The notes under the pieces were generated by a model. The model was not told the DNA's origin. It made no database searches and saw nothing but the letters and a program-made list of their open reading frames with translations. Below, in pieces: positions 19,101 to 26,945 of a stretch of 64,000 bases of DNA. Positions within the stretch are counted from its first letter, which is position 1; each line of letters starts with the position of its first letter. Source of the DNA: Escherichia phage vB_EcoM_DE16; the sequence record OP595145.1, one strand, 5' to 3'. The translations under genes and the position numbers were made by a program.

Positions 19101-20033
19101 TTATCCTCCAAAGAAGTTTTCGATTTTTTCACGTCGCTCTTGCTGATTTAAAGCAGCCCATTGAGTCTTCGTAAAATTATTTCGAATCCATTCTAACAAA
19201 GCGTAATATTCTTCGTCAACAATTTGTTTGGCATTTTTCGGATTATCCCAAATCAGATCCCACTTTTTATCTCCACCGCGCATAAGAAACTTCTTAGTAA
19301 GATAGTGTGGTGATTTAATTTTTAAAAGTAAGTTGAACGGATAGTTTGTTTCACGAACTACAAACCCTTCGTGTTTACAATGTTTAGACATTTCAACAAC
19401 ATCTGAAAACTTAACCATTGGATGAACTTCAGGACGCTTAAATTTGGTGACAGAAGCAATTCCATCAAGAGCACCTTCAGGTAACATAAAACTTGTCCCA
19501 TCAGGTTTTTGAATTCTGGCACCAATTAAGTATGCACCTGGTTCTTCTTCGACAATATGCGGATCAGAAGGATCACAGATTTCAAAAAGGAAAGTTGCTT
19601 TTGCGCTCTCTGTCCATTTGATGAAATGTTCTATGTCATCACACTCTGAAACAATATGATTCTTTGCAATACTTGCAAAATCTGATTCAAGGCTTCCTGT
19701 TGTCGATACAATAAGTTGACCTTTATATACACCTACAGAGGCCATAAAACCATTTACTTTACGAACCACATCTACAAGTTCATCCGCTGGTAGATCTGTG
19801 CCATTCTCAAAACGATTAAAAATCTTAGTGAAAGGCCAAATAACAACATTGTCATCACCATCAACAACGATTCCGCGACATTCTAGAAGACGAGAATCAA
19901 TGTTCCATAGGTTATCCCAGAAAACTTTGTTCTTATACTTAAGAACAGATAGACCAGAATACTCTCCTTCTTTATATGTTTTCTTATGAACTAAACCTTT
20001 TTCAACCAAATCGTCGCAATTAAATTTAGTCAC
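19101..20033 (-). CDS. RNA ligase-like nucleotidyltransferase
   Basis: KVNGF motif I lysine; second ligase-type gene besides the DNA ligase, flanked by kinase and phosphatase genes. Confidence 0.45.
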   Translation of the reverse strand: MTKFNCDDLVEKGLVHKKTYKEGEYSGLSVLKYKNKVFWDNLWNIDSRLLECRGIVVDGDDNVVIWPFTKIFNRFENGTDLPADELVDVVRKVNGFMASVGVYKGQLIVSTTGSLESDFASIAKNHIVSECDDIEHFIKWTESAKATFLFEICDPSDPHIVEEEPGAYLIGARIQKPDGTSFMLPEGALDGIASVTKFKRPEVHPMVKFSDVVEMSKHCKHEGFVVRETNYPFNLLLKIKSPHYLTKKFLMRGGDKKWDLIWDNPKNAKQIVDEEYYALLEWIRNNFTKTQWAALNQQERREKIENFFGG

Positions 20034-20034
20034 A

Positions 20035-20586
20035 TTACTCTCCTTTGATTATTTTGTGATGGTCTACAGTTACGATATCTCGTTTACTCATCATAGAAAT
20101 TATCTCATCAAAATGCAAGATTTTTCCGTGTGCATCCCAACCCACATCTAACATTTTACCATAAGCTTCATCAGGGAAAGATCCGTGGGAATGCCCGTGT
20201 AGCATGATTGATCCACGACCTTGTTTATTCCAGGAGGCAATAGGGTAATGGCTTAAGACGAAGAACAGCTTCTGGTATTTCACTTCGTCATAATACACCA
20301 CTTCGCCATACTCTGCAAGCACTTCTCGGTGCTTGCTGTAATCATGGTTCCCAACAAGATAAGTGATATCCCCTTGCAGACGGGAAGCAATCTTACGGGT
20401 ATCTTCTTCAGTCCCGAAACAGAAGTCGCCCAAATGCCACATCTTAACACCAGGAGTAGTAGCGCATTTATTCCATGCTTCGATCAGTGCTTCTGTCATG
20501 TGGTCCATATCTTCCCACGGTCGATATTCAGGAGCAAACTCTCGTATACGTTTGTGCATAAAATGCAAATCACTTGTAATAAACAT
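20035..20586 (-). CDS. calcineurin-like metallophosphoesterase
   Basis: DLHF, GDF, GNHD, GHSHG metal-binding motifs in canonical order. Confidence 0.6.
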   Translation of the reverse strand: MFITSDLHFMHKRIREFAPEYRPWEDMDHMTEALIEAWNKCATTPGVKMWHLGDFCFGTEEDTRKIASRLQGDITYLVGNHDYSKHREVLAEYGEVVYYDEVKYQKLFFVLSHYPIASWNKQGRGSIMLHGHSHGSFPDEAYGKMLDVGWDAHGKILHFDEIISMMSKRDIVTVDHHKIIKGE

Positions 20587-20942
20587 TAGTATAATCCCTC
20601 GCTAAATAGGTCACGATCATGACCATTACGTTCGTAGTCAATCTGGTCTGCGTGTTTTGCAATAATGTATGCATCTTCACGACTCCACCAATTGTAGTAT
20701 TGATCAATAAAACCTTGATTGTTTGGAAGACAATGCACTTTATCAAGCACACCTGCTTCTTTCAATACATTCAATTGTGCTGATAATATAGGATTTGCAT
20801 GTCGAACACAAGGAATAATTAACTCTTCACCATTATTCAAAATATATTTATTCGCAGCACAGACGATAACACGTTGCACATAATGACCCTCACCAATCCA
20901 GGTAAGAGGTTGGTAACAAATGTTCTGATCAATACTACTCAT
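20586..20942 (-). CDS. hypothetical protein (118 aa)
   Basis: ORF only. Confidence 0.5.
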   Translation of the reverse strand: MSSIDQNICYQPLTWIGEGHYVQRVIVCAANKYILNNGEELIIPCVRHANPILSAQLNVLKEAGVLDKVHCLPNNQGFIDQYYNWWSREDAYIIAKHADQIDYERNGHDRDLFSEGLY

Positions 20943-20953
20943 TAAGTTTCTCC

Positions 20954-21310
20954 TTAATAGTGAACACGAATCATTTTAATACCATAACGCAGCATGGATT
21001 CTTTTGCAAGCATGAATTTATCCCCAGCGGCGGGATTAGAAGTATGCACGAAAATGGTAGGTGAACCAAAGCAAGGTTTACCAAACGCCAGAAGTTCTTC
21101 CAAACGCAAGAAAACATCATACCCGTCTTGATCAGAATCTTCACCCAAATCGTTGTCAAAATGCCACTCGTCTACAAAACGATAACCCTTCTGCACCTCA
21201 TTCATGTAACGAGAGGCAAGAAGTTCCTGTGAGGTTTTAAACCAGATTGCATCTGGACAACCATAATCTTTTGGATCACGTAAATCATCAAGCCAAATAA
21301 TAGTACCCAT
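20954..21310 (-). CDS. hypothetical protein (118 aa)
   Basis: ORF only. Confidence 0.5.
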   Translation of the reverse strand: MGTIIWLDDLRDPKDYGCPDAIWFKTSQELLASRYMNEVQKGYRFVDEWHFDNDLGEDSDQDGYDVFLRLEELLAFGKPCFGSPTIFVHTSNPAAGDKFMLAKESMLRYGIKMIRVHY

Positions 21311-21320
21311 ATAACCTCCT

Positions 21321-21791
21321 CTAAGCTGGCATTATTAAAAAAGAACTCTCCACTTCAAAATGCCAATCATCCACAAGCCCTGATTCCCAATCCTTCTCTT
21401 CATGGAAAGAGCAAATCCAACGGTACATACCTGGCGGTGTATTCTCAACATCTTCTGGCAACCCGTAATCCAAAGCTGTCAAACCGTTCTCTGTAAAACT
21501 AGGATGGAGATTAGGAGCTTTCAATACAGAAACCATGCCTCCAACATCTACAGCCACAATCCACTCTGTCATGTATGGGCTGTCATATTGAGGCTCATCA
21601 GAACCTACCTCAACAGCCTCTGTGCGTAAGATGATAATAGCCTGCTCTGTGATTGGGGCTTTGACAATATAACCTTGGTCCTCAAAAAGATCGATAACCT
21701 CGAACTCATCGCCGTTTTCGACACCATAACTCTTATTCAAAGAGATAAACTTCGGGTTATCATCGTAAGCTTTAGTTACTTTAATTTTCAT
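21321..21791 (-). CDS. hypothetical protein (156 aa)
   Basis: ORF only. Confidence 0.5.
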   Translation of the reverse strand: MKIKVTKAYDDNPKFISLNKSYGVENGDEFEVIDLFEDQGYIVKAPITEQAIIILRTEAVEVGSDEPQYDSPYMTEWIVAVDVGGMVSVLKAPNLHPSFTENGLTALDYGLPEDVENTPPGMYRWICSFHEEKDWESGLVDDWHFEVESSFLIMPA

Positions 21792-22012
21792 TTTTCCTCC
21801 TTCACTTTAACCTCAAATTCTACAGGCTTACCCTCAATGTAAAAACACTGATACTCTGCCTTATCATCCTCGTCACGAGGCCAAGTTACCAAGGAGTTAT
21901 AGCAATCTTCTGGTGCTTTGAAGATGTTTTTAGTCTCCACAGTAACATTCCCATTAAGTGTTGCCAATACCACCCAACCAGCTACAGGGATCATAGTGTC
22001 TCCACTTTCCAC
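21788..22012 (-). CDS. hypothetical protein (74 aa)
   Basis: ORF only. Confidence 0.4.
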   Translation of the reverse strand: MESGDTMIPVAGWVVLATLNGNVTVETKNIFKAPEDCYNSLVTWPRDEDDKAEYQCFYIEGKPVEFEVKVKEEK

Positions 22013-22173
22013 GTTTTACCATTATCAACCAAGGTCTTTGCTACAGCATACTCCTTCCCATTAACAAGGAAATAATAAACGATAAAAGATTTCCCGATTG
22101 TTACTGTCTTAGTAACCTCTACACGTTTAACGCCTTGCATGTATTTTGCCTTACCGGAATAGAGTAAAATCAT
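21991..22173 (-). CDS. hypothetical protein (60 aa)
   Basis: ORF only. Confidence 0.35.
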   Translation of the reverse strand: MILLYSGKAKYMQGVKRVEVTKTVTIGKSFIVYYFLVNGKEYAVAKTLVDNGKTWKVETL

Positions 22174-22451
22174 TTTGCATTCCTCTTGTTGTTGATAACA
22201 TCCATAGCAGTATATGGTTTATTAGTGCCATGATACTCCAGAATCATTGGAGAGCCTTCTTGCACTACTTCAAAGATACCATAAACAGAACTTTCAGCAA
22301 ATACCATTTGCTTCGTGCCTTCATCGTTTACAACGAGAGAAAACTTCTTGCCTGTCCCGTTGAGGATCTCGTATTTCTTGCCAGCAGTGAATAATCCAGA
22401 GTACCACTCATTATCTGTTGCTTTTACACACTTCAGGAAAGTCTTGATCAT
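22170..22451 (-). CDS. hypothetical protein (93 aa)
   Basis: ORF only. Confidence 0.45.
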   Translation of the reverse strand: MIKTFLKCVKATDNEWYSGLFTAGKKYEILNGTGKKFSLVVNDEGTKQMVFAESSVYGIFEVVQEGSPMILEYHGTNKPYTAMDVINNKRNAK

Positions 22452-22801
22452 TTCTTTTTGCTCCTCTTTTTAGATTTCTCATACAAACCTAACACAGCCG
22501 CTTCTTTTGCACAAGTAGGAACTGAAGTCATTCCTCTTCTTTTTGCTTCTGGAAGATTGAGTGTCCACCATCCGAACCAATAAATTTGGTCTGCCGTGAG
22601 TGGTTCAGCCATTGGATCTGCCTCCTGCTCCTCAAGACGTTGCAACGCTTCTTCAATCTTCTCGATTGGTGTGTCAAAGACGAATGCCTCCGTATCAAAT
22701 TTATCTTTCTTAGGAACTGATTTGGCTACTTTGAGAACCTCGTTTTTCGGTTTCTTAGTAACGTTCTTTGGCTTTGATAACTTCTTCTGTGTTTTCGCCA
22801 C
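22448..22801 (-). CDS. lysine-rich hypothetical protein (117 aa)
   Basis: K-rich N- and C-termini, possible nucleic-acid binding. Confidence 0.45.
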   Translation of the reverse strand: MAKTQKKLSKPKNVTKKPKNEVLKVAKSVPKKDKFDTEAFVFDTPIEKIEEALQRLEEQEADPMAEPLTADQIYWFGWWTLNLPEAKRRGMTSVPTCAKEAAVLGLYEKSKKRSKKK

Positions 22802-22994
22802 TTACTACCTCCATACGATCTAAAAAGTCATTCACAAATCTCCAGTAACGTTGACCTGTTCTAAGATCTTCATAGATAACCACAGGATCAAACACTTTAG
22901 ATATTCCGGCAGGTTTTGGAAATTCCACTACTGTATATAAACCACCTTTTGCTACACAAGAATAGGTTACGCCTGTAATTGGATAGTTGCTCAT
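22755..22994 (-). CDS. hypothetical protein (79 aa)
   Basis: ORF only. Confidence 0.4.
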   Translation of the reverse strand: MSNYPITGVTYSCVAKGGLYTVVEFPKPAGISKVFDPVVIYEDLRTGQRYWRFVNDFLDRMEVVSGENTEEVIKAKERY

Positions 22995-23185
22995 TTCTTT
23001 ACGTACTCCATGATTGGGGTATGGTCGCCAGTAAGCGTAACACGGCTGTAGGACACATCTTGTGTCTTCAGTGTATCAATCCACTCTAAGAAGTGTTCTT
23101 TCGCTTCTGTGTAGTTCTGTGTGCCTTTAACAACGTGTATACCATCTAGAGTTACACGGAATACCATTTGAATAACGTCTTTCAT
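22991..23185 (-). CDS. hypothetical protein (64 aa)
   Basis: ORF only. Confidence 0.4.
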   Translation of the reverse strand: MKDVIQMVFRVTLDGIHVVKGTQNYTEAKEHFLEWIDTLKTQDVSYSRVTLTGDHTPIMEYVKK

Positions 23186-23298
23186 TTCTTACCTCCTTTG
23201 TTGTCAAAATAACTTACCAGAACATCGTGAACCACACACATGGCAAAAATCAGAACAATTGTTGTCAGGACTGGATTCTCACTAATTAGTGCTATCAT
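23182..23298 (-). CDS. small membrane protein (38 aa)
   Basis: internal ATG with GGAGGTGG RBS; single hydrophobic helix. Confidence 0.3.
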   Translation of the reverse strand: MIALISENPVLTTIVLIFAMCVVHDVLVSYFDNKGGKK

Positions 23299-23605
23299 CT
23301 TTAACCACCTCCAATTGCCTTTCGAGTTTGACTTTGTTTGAGAACTGATAATGACACAACTTACATTGCATGTCAACAATCTGATCGTGATTTAACCCTA
23401 CAATTTTAACTTCCTTTGCACCATCCCACTCCAAATACTCAAAGCCATCCAAATGATTACTCTTGTCCAACAGGAATGCTATCTGCTGCCATTCAATCTG
23501 AATGTCATTTAAATGATATGCTGCACAGAAGATATCCTCATAGTAAAAGACGATCATTGTCATTGCTTCGTCCAGCACAACTACCTCTTGTCTTGTAAAT
23601 CTCAT
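23282..23605 (-). CDS. hypothetical protein (107 aa), first gene of the minus-strand arm
   Basis: ORF adjacent to divergent control region. Confidence 0.45.
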   Translation of the reverse strand: MRFTRQEVVVLDEAMTMIVFYYEDIFCAAYHLNDIQIEWQQIAFLLDKSNHLDGFEYLEWDGAKEVKIVGLNHDQIVDMQCKLCHYQFSNKVKLERQLEVVKDDSTN

Positions 23606-23859
23606 TCTAGCCTCCTAAACGCGTCTCTGACGCACTTTTTATATATAAGATGATAAATCACCTTACCTAGTAAGTGAACTTGCTCTACGAGCCTCTTATG
23701 AAGCTTATGTTATAGGCTATACTATTGCTACCTGTTTAAGCAAGGTTTTTGCACACAGAAAATAATTTTTAATAAAACTCTTGACTTTTGTGTTCGAAGT
23801 ATGCTACCCTAGAAATCTATTAACGAGCGCAGCGAGTTAAGGTTTTAGGTTGTTGATGT

Positions 23860-24060
23860 AGTATTCTGTACTAAAGTACTGTACTCCGTACTAGATTAAT
23901 AATTATTAAATATTAATAATAAATAATTATTAGATCTAACAAACAGGTACAGTGTATCAGAACTGGTACGTACAGATCAACTTCTATCAATTAAAAAATA
24001 AAATAATAAATTATTATAAATAATACTTGATCTATAGATCAGTATGAAGTACAGTACGGA
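23860..24060. promoter_or_regulatory. divergent control region with GTAC-containing iterons flanking AT-rich palindromes; origin or operator candidate
   Basis: four GTACT copies at 23866-23893, GGTACAG / GTACGTACAG / GTACAGTACGG repeats, AT-only palindromic tracts 23896-23935 and 23990-24027, GATCTATAGATC palindrome. Confidence 0.3.
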
Positions 24061-24087
24061 ACATCTTAACAAGAATGGAGGTGTGCA

Positions 24088-24273
24088 ATGATTAGTGAGA
24101 ATCCGTGCAAATGGCATCATGTGCCTATTAAAGATTGTATGTCTTGTAATCCACGTTCTATTTATAACATTGCATCTTATGACGATGACAATGTGTTAGA
24201 CGATGATGAAGGCTGGGAGGATTTAGATTGGACTGGTTATGAAACCAAAAAGGATAAAATTATTCCTAGTTGA
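24088..24273 (+). CDS. hypothetical protein (61 aa)
   Basis: GGAGG RBS before ATG. Confidence 0.45.
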   Translation: MISENPCKWHHVPIKDCMSCNPRSIYNIASYDDDNVLDDDEGWEDLDWTGYETKKDKIIPS

Positions 24274-24310
24274 CTTAAGATATCCTTCGTGCTAAACTAG
24301 AAGTGAGGAG

Positions 24311-24562
24311 ATGCCGATCACTCCCCATTTGGGGTTCGAAGGATATATGCAAAATAGTTTTTATTTTAGGTGCCGTGCTTGTAATAGGCATTTGACAAAC
24401 CACTCCAGACGTGATAAAAATGGAGTCATCAAGGAATCAGACCTCTGTTCTATTTGCACAGGTTTGGCTTTTGATGATAGTCCCGAAAGGGTTTATCAGC
24501 ATCAATGTATAACAGACGTTCTCGTGTCAAACTTGGTAGAGGACGAACAACTAACAGATTAG
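24311..24562 (+). CDS. cysteine-rich hypothetical protein (83 aa)
   Basis: GAGGAG RBS; CRACN ... CSICTG cysteine pairs. Confidence 0.45.
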   Translation: MPITPHLGFEGYMQNSFYFRCRACNRHLTNHSRRDKNGVIKESDLCSICTGLAFDDSPERVYQHQCITDVLVSNLVEDEQLTD

Positions 24563-24570
24563 GAGGAACA

Positions 24571-24819
24571 ATGTCTCTATTAGAAAAACACGTGTTTGAA
24601 GATGGTAACGGCAATGCAGTTTTTCTTTTCCATCCAGAAAAATACACATCTGAAAACAATGGTACAACTTCTATTGTAATCACTAAAGATGTTAAAGTTA
24701 TTGATTTCTTGGCTCTAATGCGAGAGATGGATCTTGAAATTAATACTTTTAACGCAGAAGCTTTGGTTGTTGCTCTTCTGGAAAAGAAAGATAGTGAAGA
24801 AGTAGCAGAATATGCTTAA
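24571..24819 (+). CDS. hypothetical protein (82 aa)
   Basis: start set at internal ATG 24571 preceded by AGGAGG. Confidence 0.45.
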   Translation: MSLLEKHVFEDGNGNAVFLFHPEKYTSENNGTTSIVITKDVKVIDFLALMREMDLEINTFNAEALVVALLEKKDSEEVAEYA

Positions 24820-24826
24820 ATAACTA

Positions 24827-24856
24827 TTGACAAACGTATCCTTCATATGTTAGGAT
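24827..24856 (+). promoter_or_regulatory. sigma70-like promoter candidate (ACTATTGACA -35 box)
   Basis: TTGACA at 24827 then 17 nt then TTAGGAT; shares motif with the other promoter candidates listed. Confidence 0.35.
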
Positions 24857-25064
24857 ACGTTCATCAAGTGTGGTAAGAGGGTCGTTGACTTTTGTTAAGA
24901 TGGGCTTGCACTGCGGTAGTGTTAGAGACTACTTCTTCAGAGGTTAGCTACCAAAGAGGAAAAGGAATAGTCTCGGCTCAAGAACTTTTACGCTGAAAGT
25001 TGGGCTTGGTCTTAGAGAATGTAGCGGTTCTCTACAATCGTCAGCGTCTCTGTTACCACATTTA

Positions 25065-25139
25065 TGGCCCTGTAGCTCAATGGGAGAGCTGTCGGCTCAT
25101 AACCGATAGGTAGCTGGATCGAAACCAGCCAGGGCCACC
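25065..25139 (+). tRNA. tRNA, anticodon CAT (Ile2 lysidine-type or Met)
   Basis: manual cloverleaf: acceptor GGCCCTG/CAGGGCC, anticodon loop CTCATAA, T-loop, encoded CCA; resembles bacterial tRNA-Ile2. Confidence 0.7.
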
Positions 25140-25142
25140 AAC

Positions 25143-25217
25143 GTCTTTATGGTGTAATGGATAGCACAGGAGTCTTCTAAACTCTTAGTCAAGGTTCGAT
25201 TCCTTGTAAAGACACCA
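25143..25217 (+). tRNA. tRNA-Arg (anticodon TCT)
   Basis: acceptor GTCTTTA/TAAAGAC, anticodon loop CTTCTAA, T-loop GGTTCGATTCC, encoded CCA. Confidence 0.7.
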
Positions 25218-25413
25218 GAATATTTTAACATGAATTAGCTCAAGTGATTTGAACCCCACTACTGATCATGGTGGCAGAGAATGAGGCAAGTATGTCAGAC
25301 ATTATAAACAAAGGCCACGGTTATATTAGAAGACATAGACGCTCGAAGAGCACCGTTCGTGGAGAACGGGGGTTGGTGGAGTCACCATTCATGGTAAAAT
25401 GTTTTAAAAAACT

Positions 25414-25443
25414 ATTGACAACAAACATTATTTTATGTTAGAT
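25414..25443 (+). promoter_or_regulatory. sigma70-like promoter candidate (ACTATTGACA -35 box)
   Basis: TTGACA then 17 nt then TTAGAT, upstream of tRNA-Ser. Confidence 0.4.
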
Positions 25444-25451
25444 TATAAGTA

Positions 25452-25542
25452 TGGAAGGGCAAATCGACGTGGCGACGAAAACGGTCTTGAAAACCGCCGA
25501 GCTTGAAAGAGCCTTGGGAGTTCGACTCTCCCTCCTTCCGCC
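25452..25542 (+). tRNA. tRNA-Ser (anticodon TGA), class II
   Basis: anticodon loop CTTGAAA, long variable arm, T-arm GGGAGTTCGACTCTCCC, discriminator G, encoded CCA; D-arm fold is irregular. Confidence 0.6.
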
Positions 25543-25547
25543 AGATT

Positions 25548-25633
25548 AGGTAGATTGGTGAAATGGTAGCCACAACAGTTTGCTAAACTGTAGTCGGAAA
25601 CGGCGTGTAGGTTCGAGTCCTACATCTACCGCC
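25548..25633 (+). tRNA. tRNA-Ser (anticodon GCT), class II
   Basis: acceptor GGTAGAT/ATCTACC, anticodon loop TTGCTAA, variable-arm hairpin, discriminator G, CCA. Confidence 0.7.
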
Positions 25634-25763
25634 AAGTTCTTTTTAATATAGCTTACTTTAATAGAGTAAACTTTCGGCAGATGGCCTCCACCATCTTACC
25701 GATACTTCATAGTTAGTGGTGCGAACACTGGCTATTTTAAAAAGAATTTAAATACTAGCATTT

Positions 25764-25851
25764 AGGTGAGTTAATTCCGTAGGGGTAGCGGGGCAGACTG
25801 TAAATCTGTTATCATTGCGATTCGGGTGGTTCGACTCCATCACTCACCACC
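25764..25851 (+). tRNA. tRNA-Tyr (anticodon GTA), class II
   Basis: acceptor GGTGAGT/ACTCACC, anticodon loop CTGTAAA, long variable arm, discriminator A, CCA. Confidence 0.7.
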
Positions 25852-25857
25852 AAATTA

Positions 25858-25943
25858 AGATGAGTTGGCTGAATGGTTTAAGCGGCGGACTGTTAATCCG
25901 TGTTCGAAAGAACGATATAGGTTCAAATCCTATACTCATCGCC
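25858..25943 (+). tRNA. class II tRNA with anticodon GTT (Asn anticodon on a Ser/Tyr-type body); identity unresolved
   Basis: perfect 7-bp acceptor GATGAGT/ACTCATC, 3-bp D stem, anticodon stem GCGGA/TCCGT with loop CTGTTAA, 15-nt variable arm (GTTC-GAAA-GAAC), T-arm ATAGGTTCAAATCCTAT, discriminator G, CCA. Confidence 0.6.
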
Positions 25944-25950
25944 AGAATTA

Positions 25951-26027
25951 TGGACTTGTAGAGTTAAGGTAAACCCCCAGTCGCCAAGAGGCTTCTGGAA
26001 TTGCAGGTATCGAATCCTGCCGAGTCC
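25951..26027 (+). tRNA. tRNA-like element with aberrant D/anticodon arms (possible tRNA pseudogene)
   Basis: 7-bp acceptor GGACTTG/CGAGTCC and T-arm GCAGG-TATCGAAT-CCTGC (8-nt loop) but no 5-bp anticodon stem with 7-nt loop; no encoded CCA. Confidence 0.3.
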
Positions 26028-26033
26028 CAGCTT

Positions 26034-26108
26034 TGCTCCTATAGTATAATGGCTATTACAACGGTTTTGTAATCCGTGGATCTCTGTTCGATTCAGAGTG
26101 GGAGCACC
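26034..26108 (+). tRNA. tRNA-Thr (anticodon TGT)
   Basis: acceptor GCTCCTA/TGGGAGC, anticodon loop TTTGTAA, T-arm CTCTGTTCGATTCAGAG, CCA. Confidence 0.65.
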
Positions 26109-26608
26109 AACATAACAGGTAAGAACATTTAGGCTACTGAGAAATCATCCGAGGCAATCAGACCTATCTTCTGTTAAGTGTTCTTATCGTTGTGAAGAAA
26201 GCAAACTTATTGAATGTAAGCGGACGAAAGACATTCACTAACCTGTAGTAAGGTCGAGCCAAAGCGCGGTAATGAGTTCCGAGGTTAGTATTCACAACAC
26301 AACATTAAGAGCACTGTGATTGATCGTCGTATCCTGTGCACAAGGTCTGCTCGAAAGACAGTGTTCTTAGTATTGTGTTGATCACAAAAAGAGTTACCTG
26401 AAACTTGACCGGAGTAGGGTTGGATGGGGCAAAAGAAGAAGCGGCTCTCCCATCGACAGCAACGAAGAATAATATTTGACTTTGGTTTTGTATTATTTTA
26501 AGTTAGCTTACCGAACGTAGGGCTAGTCACCCAATGGGATACTCGTCACTGTCCCACTCAATAAAACTATTGACAACCAATAGTAAAATGTAGTATAGTA
26601 AAGATGTA
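26109..26608 (+). ncRNA. ORF-free, tRNA-free 0.5 kb spacer inside the tRNA cluster; structured ncRNA candidate
   Basis: no ORF of 60 aa or more on either strand, no T-loop motif; long-range complementary pairs AAGAACA/TGTTCTT and TTGTGAA/TTCACAA. Confidence 0.25.
26569..26598 (+). promoter_or_regulatory. sigma70-like promoter candidate (ACTATTGACA -35 box)
   Basis: TTGACA then 18 nt then TATAGT, upstream of tRNA-Gly. Confidence 0.45.
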
Positions 26609-26609
26609 G

Positions 26610-26683
26610 GGCGTTCTTGGTGTAGCGGTAGCATTCCGTCCTTCCAAGTCGGCGGCACGAGTTCGATCCTCGTAGAACGCTCC
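26610..26683 (+). tRNA. tRNA-Gly (anticodon TCC)
   Basis: acceptor GCGTTCT/AGAACGC, anticodon loop CTTCCAA, T-arm ACGAGTTCGATCCTCGT, CCA. Confidence 0.65.
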
Positions 26684-26781
26684 AAATTATTTAATAAAGG
26701 GTTGCCAGAAAACTTTCTCTTTTACTCATGGTTTTCTCCTTCTCTCACACCTCTTCTGGTTGCCCTTCATTAAATGATTTA

Positions 26782-26857
26782 TTGGTTTGTAGTGTAGTCA
26801 GGTAGCACACGACACTTTGACTGTCGTAGGTTTGGTTCAAATCCAGACAGACCAGCC
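26782..26857 (+). tRNA. tRNA-Gln (anticodon TTG)
   Basis: acceptor TGGTTTG/CAGACCA, anticodon stem-loop CGACA-CTTTGAC-TGTCG, T-loop TTCAAAT, CCA. Confidence 0.65.
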
Positions 26858-26862
26858 ATATA

Positions 26863-26939
26863 ACGGAATTTAGCTCAGTTTGGTAGAGTGTACGCTTTGG
26901 GAGCGTATTGTCGCAGGTTCGAATCCTGCAATTCCGACC
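26863..26939 (+). tRNA. tRNA-Pro (anticodon TGG)
   Basis: acceptor CGGAATT/AATTCCG, anticodon stem-loop TACGC-TTTGGGA-GCGTA, T-arm GCAGGTTCGAATCCTGC, CCA. Confidence 0.7.
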
Positions 26940-26945
26940 AATTAA

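Noticed and set aside
25221-25300. GGGGTTCAAATC motif on the minus strand suggesting a reverse-oriented tRNA
   Set aside because: No complementary T-stem or acceptor stem could be built around it; only the loop-like hexamer is present.
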